A stretch of 57,217 nucleotides of DNA, taken from positions 1 through 57,217 of the forward strand of contig CALSCP010000656.1 in the NCBI GenBank assembly GCA_943704425.1. Reading direction: 5' to 3'. Below are positions 26,201-35,496 of the stretch, piece by piece (within the stretch, counting starts at the first letter, position 1; each line of letters begins with the position of its first letter). Source of the DNA: Ministeria vibrans ATCC 50519. Taxonomy: Eukaryota; Protista; Filasterea. Under the pieces are notes generated by a model. It saw nothing but the letters and a program-made list of their open reading frames with translations, did not search any database and was not told the origin of the DNA. The translations under genes were made by a program, and so were the position numbers.

Positions 26201-29200
26201 CCCGCGTGGTGTCCTGGTGGACGCACCACGGAGAAGGCGGACGAGTGCAGACCGCGCACGACGAGGGAGGTCGCCTCGAGCACATTGCCAACGGCCGTCA
26301 GGGCCGACCGGTACGACTCTCGGTTCACAAAGGTGTCTGTGTTGCGCTCGGTGATCATGCGCGGCGCATCCGTTGCCTCGGCACACACGGTGCGCAGTCG
26401 GTGCAAGTAGCGCGGCTCGTGCATCAGCTTGACCCGTTCTTCGGCGAGCCTGGTGAAGCGCGCGTTGACATGCGAGCTCAGACGCAGACCCTCGGGGTAG
26501 TCCTTTTGCAATGCAACCACGGCGTTGACTGCGTTGAAGAGACGGTCGGGACGGTCATAGTGACCCGTCTGATGGGAGACACACACAGTGTCCCACAGCG
26601 CCAGAACTGTGTTGGACTCAGCAAGAGCAAGCGCTTTGTCACCCGACTCACTCCCGAGCACCAATCGTTGCCACTCCTGTTGGCCCAACTCCGCCGACTT
26701 AGACAGACGCGACGCGCGCTCCTGTTGCTCCTTGCAACTGCGACGAAACTGATCCAGACGCGTTTTGTTCTGCTCCGCAATCGCCAACTCACGACGCATC
26801 TCAAGCAACGTAGCGCGTTTCGCTGCCAACGCTCGCTCCATGGCAAGCACCTCGTCAGAAGTGTGCCGCACGCGCGCACGCAACGCCACAACATTCTTCT
26901 CGGAATCTTGACCGGCTGGCGCCTGCTTCGCCAGCTGTAACATGGTCTGATTGGCCTCGTTGAGCTCCTGTTCCAACGTGTGTGTACAACCCTGCATGTA
27001 CGCATTGACATAATCAATGGCAGCCGCACTCGGCGGTTCCTCGGGCCACTCGCACCAGCGACAGACCATCGCACGCACTGCTTCGCCATCCGACGGCTGC
27101 AACTTTGCATTCACTTGGCTCTCCTCAAGCACTTGACACAAGCCCGGAAGAACTCGCTCGGCAATTTGCATTCCGCGTCGAGGGACCTAGTAAAATATTT
27201 TTTCGTGAGAAAGAGTTGGTATTTTCAAGTGTGTTTTTGTACGTCAGGAATGGTGATGGGTGTGAGGGGAATCTGAAGAGGCGCAAGGGCGGCAAGATCG
27301 ATGGCCTTGTGATGGCAATTAATGCCACTGGCATACACAATCATGCTTGAGCCGAGACGCTCGGCGGGAACGCCCGGTCGGCCGTCGATCGAGGAGGAGC
27401 CGCGTGGCGCCCGTTTTCTTGGGGGTCTCGCTGGTGCGGGCGGCGCTGGTGCGGTCTCTGTTGATGTATTTGTCGTTGTCGTTGTTGCTGTTGTTGGCGG
27501 TGGTGGTGTTGCTGTTGCCGTTGTGACAGTGGTGGTATTTTTGGAAGAGGTGGCGCCAGTGGGAAGGGGTGCGGAAGAGTCAGAGGTAGACGGCGTAGGT
27601 GCAGTGCCGGATGATGTAGGGGGTGTCGAGGTTGTTGGTATTGCAGGGGTGGTGGCCATGGGCGTGGTGGTTGTAGTGCTGGTATTGGCAGTTGCAACTT
27701 CTGCTGCTGGTGTGTCGGTAGAGGGAGCACTTGTAGTGGAGGGGGGTGGAGGACGCCGGCGTCGCTTTTTGGGCGGCGGAGCAACAAGCAGACCTGTAGC
27801 AGGGTCAACAAGAGCAACAGCGGCAGCAGCAACAACATTGGCAGCGCCTGAAATTGGCGAGGGACTGGACGAGGAGGAGGTTCTCTTTTCGCGTGGACGA
27901 CGAATAGGCTCAAGATTGAAGTGTTTGCGATGCGCTGAGCAGAAACCAGTGCCGTCGGGTGCTTTTCCGCAGGGACCACCTTTGACGTAAAAAAATTAAT
28001 ATGCATACTTCTTTCCCACAACGGTTTCTCTAATTAGGTACCTCGTTGATTTTTCGCTTGGCAGCGAGGCTGGTTGGGACCAAAGCGAGGGTTGAGAGTG
28101 GAGGCATCGACGCCATCTGTGAGCGGATCAATGATGGAGGGGGCAGACGGAGCGCCAGAGGCACTGACGGAGGCTGCAGGAGCGGCGGCGGCGGCGGCGG
28201 CGGTGGTGGTGGTGGTGGTGGTGATGACGATGGCGGGACTGGAGAGCACCGAGGGCTTGGTGGGTGCTTTGGAAGGGGAGAGGGGTGAGGGAGAGTTTGG
28301 AACGGGAGGGAGAGAGTCCTGGAGAGCCTCGAGGACGCGGTAGCCGGCGGTGCGAGGGCGCTTTGCAAGTGGGGGCGACGAAGGCGCATCGGTGGGCGCA
28401 TCGGCATTGGCAGGTGGTGTGGGCAGACGAGGTGGCGTGGGGGGAGCGGGTGCGACGGTGGGGGGTTCAAAGGCGAGGGCGGCCGTCTTGGCGGCGGCTT
28501 CGTCGTCGACAATGGGCTGTCCGATGAGCGTCTCTGGTGAAAACTGGTCGGAAAATTGCTGTGAGGCCAGCTCGGCCACAATGGTGTCGCCGGCAATGGC
28601 TGAGGCGGCGAGACGCACCATGTCACCTGGGTCGATGTTTGGCACAAGATTCGTTGTGGGCGTTTCATCTTGAGGGGTCACTGTTGTTGGTGGTGGCAGT
28701 GGTTCGGATATGGGTGCAGGGGCATCGGACTGATCGAGCGATTTAGAGGAAATCAAGGCCATGTTGGCAAGTGCTTGGAGGCTGCTGCGGTCGATGGCGA
28801 GTGGAGGAGTCGGTGATGAGGAGGAGGTGACTGACGCAGCAAGAGCCTGGCGCGAGGCCTCCGACGTCGCATCGGCTGGCGCCTTGGATGTAACTTGCGT
28901 CGCAAATGATTGCATCGCCTGCTGCTGCTGCTGCTCGAGGACTGTGTTATCGGCAGCAGCGGGTACGACAGGAGGTGATGTTGATGTGGGAGTGTCGTCG
29001 GCAGTCTTCTCCTCACCTCTGTTGTCATCGACTGCAACCGCGGCAGTCTCATTGATCGGAGCGTCGGCAGTGGATGTCGGGAGGCACGTGGTCGGCGATG
29101 GTGCGCACGGAGGCGCCTCACTGCTGTCGGGCTCCATGGTCGAAGGCTTGGTGTGTCACACAATGCGTCTTCGACGAACCACAAAGAACGGCGCTTTTGA

Positions 29201-29703
29201 GGAGAATCTAAAGCGCGCAACGTGTACAACACCGATACTACGCTACACTCTCAACGAGGCAAGAAGGATAACAGCGAACAAAGGTCAGTGGAGTCGACGA
29301 CACACGCGAACTTTTTTTTCGTTGGAAGGGTGTCGAAGACGGCAAAAGGGTCAAAAGTGCTACTTGACCCNNNNNNNNAAAAAAAAAAAGAGCGCCATTC
29401 GAAGAGACGCAGAGGAGATAGGTACCGTCAATGTCGTCAACGTCTACGGCATACAGGTCGACGGCGGTCATCTTGGGCCAGGCGCGTCGGCGAATGTCGT
29501 CGCGAACAAGTCCGCCGCGTCCGCGCGCTGCGTCGCGGATGGCAGCCGCGTCAACATGCGGCGTTGTGCGCACTGCCGTGTTGATGCGTCGAATGCGAGC
29601 CTCGATCATCGTGTGCGTCGCTAAGGAAAGCGACAGAGACACACAGAGAGACAGAAGAGAGAGTCAGTTTTGGGGTTTCGTGTTGACTTTTGGGATTACC
29701 CAT
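21262..29703 (-). CDS. TBC1D20: TBC1D20/Gyp8-like Rab GAP; first exons at 29703-29426, remaining exons at 23074-21262
   Basis: VDAAAIRDAARGRGGLVRDDIRRRAWPKM; QVEMDVHRSL; LYYYQ|GFNDVCSIVL; HLRDFM; WAITWFAHDI; RVYDFLLSSHPLAHLY; matching phase-1 junction across a 6.3-kb gap. Confidence 0.85.
21790..22100. repeat. Intronic degenerate minisatellite (agagaaacaaagtgat family)
   Basis: Reverse complement of the ctctatcactttgtttct unit also seen at 1-18 and 50323-50512. Confidence 0.75.
23408..23604 (-). CDS. NDUFA12: NADH dehydrogenase subunit NDUFA12, first two exons only
   Basis: Spliced MSRGLSLFRTGQWKRIYTQMWT|SGTVRDGTLMGEDAWGNRYYENNDLVVG then a GTAAGG donor; the expected RxRWV..VPPEW exon is absent. 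Confidence 0.8.
23735..24625 (+). CDS. Intronless leucine-rich repeat protein with a possible C-terminal F-box-like motif
   Basis: LKSLDLSHSQLKTLP, LRLLDVSGCELESLP, LQQLDLSHNRLVRLP; C-terminal SPYLIRDILSHLSDSDY. Confidence 0.85.
   Translation: MDPRPARRRQPQQQQPDDGDDSPPRRRRDFDYYADSAESSSPSPPPTPPREPSAAQLASSVKLDLAESRWEELPEALFANRRLKSLDLSHSQLKTLPPRLSALSSLEMLVIPHSLVRLIPSSIGRCRKLRLLDVSGCELESLPPDLGSLPHLESLIASHNRLTTVPRELSRCHARLQQLDLSHNRLVRLPPALALLHRLSFLRLHGNPNLVVPKPMENNACFLPDRRLTTDDIRCVLHLLKAHELRREASLTATALMVRRQPVVSPYLIRDILSHLSDSDYLPRARELNAYKIKFR
24670..29137 (-). CDS. Large class II-type histone deacetylase with low-complexity N-terminus, C3H zinc motif and coiled coil
   Basis: RPPGHHAG, GFCLFNNVA, IDIDVHHGNGTE, SAGFDAH, FEGGY; spliced RCQAKNQRG|GPCGKAPDGTGFCSAH. 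Confidence 0.85.
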
Positions 29704-29894
29704 GTCGAAGAAAAGAAGCCGTCTCGTCTTCACACTCGTCTTCAGACACCCGGCAGGTTGCGTTTAGTTAATGTTGGTCAAAGACGAATAAAAGACTAAT
29801 CAGTAATCACGGTTATTCACGGAAGTGAGTAGTGATGGACTCATGGAATTCACCAAAAATCCAAAATCAACAATTATTCAACATTATTCCCTTC

Positions 29895-31084
29895 ATGATG
29901 CCCGCTTGTCTTACTGTGACACTCAGCTTGGCAGTGCTGATGGTATCGGGAGTTTCGGGGGCTGCACCGCAGGATCTGCTGCTGAACACGCTTGTTTCGG
30001 CGTCGGGGAAGGCCCCGCCGGCCTGTGCGTCGCCCACGCTGAGCGCACGCAGCATAGGCTCGATCCAGACGCGCCTGGTTAGCGAGGGAGACTGGTTCAT
30101 CCAGCTGCCCTATGTGAACGTCGGCCTGAAGCTGACGGCGTTGAATTCCAATGTCACTGTACGAATGACTTGTCGTTGTTGTTCACTCACCAAAGATTTG
30201 TCTTCAGCCGATGCTGAACGACAGTATGCTCACTTGAGTGTGAGCATTTTGTTGTTGTTTTGTGTGTGTGCGTGGTCATCGTCGTCTAAGAAGTCTGTGT
30301 TTACTTGTGCGGGTTTGCGCTGATCCACTCTCCTTTTCATTGCAGAGTTACAATCTATTGTACCGCTGTGTCTGTCCAGTGTCACTCAGTGCGCCCCCCT
30401 GTGCACAAGGGGAGCAAGTAAGCTGCGGCGTCAACACGACCATTGTCATGGACGACTGTGCGACTGGCATGAACGAGACATTCCAGCTCCTCAATGCGAC
30501 CACGGGCTGTGCTCTGTCGCCGTCCAACGCCACCAACCCCGTCTTTGCCGCAGGGACCGTCGGCAAAGTTGAAGGGCTCAATGGACATGTGTGTGGTCTT
30601 GACGAGTACTACACTCCTCACTTATACTACACAATGCAACTCCTTGAAGTCTCCTCGACGTGTGTCCCGGGCCCCTCTGGCTTTTCTTCGGTACAGTTAC
30701 ACACACACGCACACACATCCACACTATACCACAACTTACTCCTCTGCACAGCACATTCTCAATGTCACCGACACAACCGTCTCCTTCATCGAATACCAAA
30801 CCAACAACTGCACTCTGCCCACGCGCCAGACGTACGCTGGGCCCGTCAACGTCTGCACTCCTTCCCCGGCACCTCATCTCAATGCCTTTGAATTTGTCCT
30901 CTTCCTCCCCTGTGCCCCCTTCACCTCCTCCTACACTCCTCCTCCCCCTTCGCCGCACAAGAAGAACCAGCAGATTACCATTGCCTGTCTCTCCGTTGCC
31001 ATTGGCGGAACCGTATCTTTTCTCGCCGTTAAATACGCTTTACGGCGCAAGCGAATGTCATATAATATCATCGACACAGCATAA
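29895..31084 (+). CDS. Cys-rich type I membrane glycoprotein of unknown family (multi-exon)
   Basis: Signal peptide, several NxS/T sites and Cys residues, Pro-rich stalk, TM ITIACLSVAIGGTVSFLAV, tail RRKRMSYNII. Confidence 0.65.
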
Positions 31085-31158
31085 CTAACTTAACATTCAT
31101 TAAAATATAAGAAATTAAGGTATACGTTTTCAGTTTTATTCGTTTTCTTTAGTTAGAT

Positions 31159-32606
31159 CTACCAATCTAAATCGGTCCGTGAGCACACGCTCTGCCCTTC
31201 GTCAACTCTCTCCTTCTGTTCCGTCGCACTTGTGTGTGCCGGTGTTTCTGGCTTCTTCCAGTCGAATATTCCGCCCCGTTGACGGAAACTCTCGTCGTCA
31301 TAGCCACTTTGTGCAATTGCTTCTGCAACTGTCACGTCCAGCAGTGACTGCGATGGTGTCTTTCCGCCCTCAGAGCAGTTGAGGAAGCGCAGTTTCTCAT
31401 CGAGAATTAGATAGCTGTTCCGCATCAGATCGTTTCCTTCGGCCACTGGCAAAAACCGCTTGTGTCGCTCGCAAAACGCATCAAACTGCTCTGTTGTCAC
31501 AAGAAACTCCTTCACATTGCGCAAGTCTCCTTCGCGCCCGCTGTTTTCGCCCGCAATTTCCAAACACTGAAAGACCTATAAAAAAAAACAACAGGAAGAA
31601 ATTAGCAGGGATCTTTTTATATCTTCTCTGGCTCTACAAATTAAAAGCAAGAAAAACAAAAATCTTATTCTTTTCATATGTTATTAATTGAAAAAAAGAA
31701 GAAGAAGAAAAAGAAAGAATACCAATTGAAACAACAGACAAAATAATAATAATTGTTTACCTTCCAGCGCTTAATGAGACCCAAATCCTCGAGACCTTCA
31801 CTCATGTCTTCCATATAGTTGTGCGCATTGACCACCGTGTTCAACTTGAATGGAATACCCAGTTCGTGGCACATGTGTGCAACTTCCGTCACCACTTGTC
31901 GCTGAAAAGAAAAGTACAATAACATTAGTAGTTATTATAATTATTATTATTATTACAATCATCATAATATCTTTGATATGTTTGTTTTTCTGCTTACTTG
32001 AGAGCGATGTGATCCATCACTGCGTCCAATCAGTTCATTGGTTTCATCTTTGAAGCTGTCGCACGAGACGGCGAGGATGTCGATGTTGTCGCGATTGCGA
32101 AGCAACCAGGAGCGCTTGATTTTGGAACCGTTGCTCACAATGGTGACGCCCACTTTAAGCGTGTTGTGACAAAAGTCGCATAGTTGCTCCAGAAACTTGG
32201 GCTGTAAGAAGGGTTCGCCTCCGGCAAAGTTGATCTTTTGCATCCCAGCGTCCTATAATTTAGAAGAAGAAAAATGAATAATAAGAAAAATAATTATTCA
32301 AAAGGAATTTTTCCGGAATTTTTAAGAAATTTGCTTTTGTACCTTGAGTTTTTGGAGGACTTTCTTGGCGTCGTCGAGCTTGGCGACTTCGCTAGTGCGG
32401 GCTGTGTGATAGCAGAAGCCGCACTTGTAGTTGCACTGGCGGGTAATGTGGTAGTTGACACACGTTGGTGTTTTCTGCTCTGGCGTGTTTTTCGTCGCGC
32501 CTTTCCACAGTCGGCTGACGGCGAGCATCGACACGGACGACAGAAGGAAAAGGAACGCTGCCGATTGCTGATCAAAGGGAATGCTTGTAATCAAGTTGAC
32601 GAGCAT
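31159..32606 (-). CDS. RSAD2: Viperin, radical SAM ddhNTP synthase (exons 32606-32343, 32252-31998, 31901-31761, 31575-31159)
   Basis: [20 protein letters not shown] (CxxxCxxC), [37 protein letters not shown]|[26 protein letters not shown]-terminal LDW; N-terminal hydrophobic anchor. Confidence 0.96.
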
Positions 32607-33140
32607 TTTGTTGTGATGTGTTGTGTTTTTTTGTTGTTGTTGGTGTTTGTTTCGTTGGTGTTCTATCGTGCGCAGTCGTCTTGCTTGTGAGCGAGTGCTT
32701 ATAGACGTGGGAATGCCGAATGAGAGCGAAGAAAAGCAAGGTCAGTCTTTCAGGTGAAGTTGTGAGAAAAAGACTGATTGAAAAGAGCTTGGGGGATTTT
32801 CGGCTATTTGTTTTTTTCAACTCCACTCGACCAACAACTCAACCCGTAAACCCACTGTTTACTACGTAGTGAACCTCAGAGCGTTACGCATTATATGTGG
32901 AGTAGAACCATTTGCCAGTGGGTGGAAGGCGAACACTCACAGCAAGTGCCAAATGGCGACGACGGTCGCTTTTCTGTTCTTGAGTCTGTCAACTCCGGAA
33001 AAGACCTTGGTTGTTTGTTTTTCGACGGTGACTCAACCCAGAAATGTCTTTTTCTACTTCACTTTAGAGTTTAGATTTAGACTTCAGTCTTATTCACCAC
33101 TTTAAGACTCACATTACGACTCAAGAATACAGAATCCAGC

Positions 33141-33893
33141 ATGGACTCGGTTGTGTTGTACACATCTTTCAACAGTGCCGTTGGCGCACTCAACACCGTT
33201 AGCGAGAACAAGGGTCTGCGGCAAGCCATTGCCGAAGCCTTGGCGCAGCCCGTCACGATGGGAGAGACACTCGCACGATGGATTGTGGTCGAAGGCCTTG
33301 ATGGGGTGGGCAAGAGCACCGTGTGCACTGCGATTCGCGATCATTTTGGCGACCATGCTCGACTGTTTACCACGCCGCCCGACGACCTTGTAATTCTCCG
33401 CCCTCATTTTGACGGCACTCCCGAACACCAGAGACGGGCATACTATACGCTTGGCAACTACCTTGTCGCAGGACGCATCCGTGCCTGGCTTGCTGCCGAT
33501 CCGAGTCGCGTTGCCGTCTGCGATCGTCACTTCCTGTCGACGGCAGCGTACGCATTGGCGCGTCTCGACGTGGACGGACGCGTCGATGAAGCCGAGAGGC
33601 TTGCGTGCGGTGGCTGGCCGCAAGATTTGCCCTCGCCTGGCACCGTGTTTTTGTTGACACTTGACGAAAAGACCCGCACTGAGCGGCTCTACGCGCGGCA
33701 AGGTGGGGCGCAGAATTTGTCGGGGGAGGAGAAACTCATGGAGCGCAACCGAGCTCTCTCGACGGCCGTGAGTGCGCAATATGCGCGCCTTTGCCAGGCA
33801 AGCGAGAAACGCTTTCAAACTGTTTCAGTAGACGCGAGTCAAGAGAAGGCCAAGGTGTTGGAGTGTGTGTTGAAAATGTGTGTCAAACAATAA
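33141..33893 (+). CDS. CMPK2: CMPK2-like UMP-CMP kinase (thymidylate kinase fold), intronless
   Basis: IVVEGLDGVGKST P-loop; RRAYYTLGNYLVA, DRHFLSTAAYA and WPQDLPSP match the CMPK2 motifs RRAFYSLGNYIVA, DRYWHSTATYA and WPEDLLKP. Confidence 0.9.
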   Translation: MDSVVLYTSFNSAVGALNTVSENKGLRQAIAEALAQPVTMGETLARWIVVEGLDGVGKSTVCTAIRDHFGDHARLFTTPPDDLVILRPHFDGTPEHQRRAYYTLGNYLVAGRIRAWLAADPSRVAVCDRHFLSTAAYALARLDVDGRVDEAERLACGGWPQDLPSPGTVFLLTLDEKTRTERLYARQGGAQNLSGEEKLMERNRALSTAVSAQYARLCQASEKRFQTVSVDASQEKAKVLECVLKMCVKQ

Positions 33894-34009
33894 AATAATC
33901 TTTGTTATTGTCTTAACGCAAGAACTGAAAAGATTGAAGACCGTATGCTCATGGATTAGAATATTAATATACATGAACAGATGTTTTTTTTACAATACAG
34001 TGCGTCTCG

Positions 34010-34789
34010 CTACGCCTTGACACCTTTTGCTTGCAAAAGTCCACACTCGTCAAGCGCACGCCACGTTGCCGGGACATACTCCGAGATGTACTGGAGAACC
34101 TTTCCTTTGGGCTGCACACTCTCATGGGGTGCACTGGGCTCTCCAAGTTCACGCGCAAGCTCGGTCACAATGCTTTCTGCATGCGCGCGATCGCCGCCTT
34201 CGCTCAGCATCACCTCCACCTCGGCAATGGAAGTGGAACTGAGAATGTGCCTGTCGGAATCCTCTTGGCTCCCCTCCTTCTTCTTCTCCTGAGAGGCAAG
34301 CGCCAGCAGCGAGCGGGGTGCCTCGAAGAAGTCGCAGCGGTCCACGTCGACCCGCACTCGCACACCGTCGTCGCGCAGCGGCAGCTCAAATGTGTCGCGC
34401 TGAGTGCGAATCGAGGCAAAACAGGCCAGCGCATGAGAGTGCATCCACGAGACAAGGCTGCGCGTGTTGTTGCGCGTGTCCTTGCGGATCTGCAGTGCGC
34501 GCATCAACTCCGTTTTGATCTCATCTTCCGCGCACATCTCTCGATAGGCGTCGACGCGCGGCGACGACTCGCCGACCGCCGCCATCACCATGGGGCTTTT
34601 CAATTCCCAGGCGCCGTTCCTCGAGCGAAGCCACATGTCCTGGCGAGCGAGCGTCGCGTCAGACTGGTCGACGTAAATGTCGTGAAGCACTTGAGACTTT
34701 GCGATGCGACCACACCGTTCCATGAGCAACTCACGCCCGCGCGCGCCCAGTCTAAACTTGATTTCAATCTCAAGAAGCGATCGAAGCAT
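34010..34789 (-). CDS. THTPA: CYTH-domain triphosphate tunnel metalloenzyme, thiamine-triphosphatase-like
   Basis: LEIEIKF (ExExK), DIYVD, DMWLRSRNGAWELKSP, AYREM, VDVD, IAEVEVML, GKVLQYI. Confidence 0.85.
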   Translation of the reverse strand: MLRSLLEIEIKFRLGARGRELLMERCGRIAKSQVLHDIYVDQSDATLARQDMWLRSRNGAWELKSPMVMAAVGESSPRVDAYREMCAEDEIKTELMRALQIRKDTRNNTRSLVSWMHSHALACFASIRTQRDTFELPLRDDGVRVRVDVDRCDFFEAPRSLLALASQEKKKEGSQEDSDRHILSSTSIAEVEVMLSEGGDRAHAESIVTELARELGEPSAPHESVQPKGKVLQYISEYVPATWRALDECGLLQAKGVKA

Positions 34790-35028
34790 ACTGACGATGA
34801 AAAATGATTGTGTGTGTGACTGTGTGAGAGTGTGTGTAACGGATTGTAAATCGGACATGATCGTTTAACTTTCTCTTTTTACTTTTATTTTCTTATTTTT
34901 TTTTTTGACTTTGTGCGTCTCGATCCGTTGAAAACTTGACATGTATCATACCATTGTGGTGTTGTGGACTTTTTTTTTTTACTAAAACCCCTTCTTGTTC
35001 TTTTCGATAGAGTGCACGGAATAGTTTC

Positions 35029-35478
35029 ATGTCAACAAAAACAAAAAAGACGCCTACCGACTTGGGGCTGGTGGAAGAGCTGCGCAAAGCGTTTGCACAG
35101 GCGAGTGACGAGGGGGGAAAGGATGTGAGCGAGCGGAACATGTTTGGAGGGGTGTGCTTTTGCGTGAATGGCAATATGGCGGGGGGAATCAATGGAGCCG
35201 CACTCATGATGAAATGCGACAAGGACATCGCCGTCAAGGAGGTTGCTCAGGAAGTGGGCGTCAACGCTGTGGAAATGCGGTTTACAGGCCGCGCATTGCG
35301 GGGGTTTTATCAAGTAGACGGACCTGTGTCCAAGGGAGCAGTGCACAAGTGTGCTGTGTACTCGTACAAACATGCACGGTCACTTCCTGCGAAAACCAAA
35401 GGGAAAGCACCGAAGCGCAAGCCGGATGTCAGCGAAGAAGGAGAAGACGAAGACAAGAAAAAGAAGAAGAAGAAATAA
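35029..35478 (+). CDS. TfoX N-terminal domain protein (bacterial type) with Lys-rich tail
   Basis: ERNMFGGVCFCVNGNMAGGI, MRFTGRALRGFYQV, ARSLPAK; intronless. Confidence 0.8.
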   Translation: MSTKTKKTPTDLGLVEELRKAFAQASDEGGKDVSERNMFGGVCFCVNGNMAGGINGAALMMKCDKDIAVKEVAQEVGVNAVEMRFTGRALRGFYQVDGPVSKGAVHKCAVYSYKHARSLPAKTKGKAPKRKPDVSEEGEDEDKKKKKKK

Positions 35479-35496
35479 TAAAACAAACACAATGTA

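Noticed and set aside
32791-32801. kappaB-like site GGGGATTTTC between viperin and CMPK2
   Set aside because: A single imperfect 10-mer, not distinguishable from chance without conservation data
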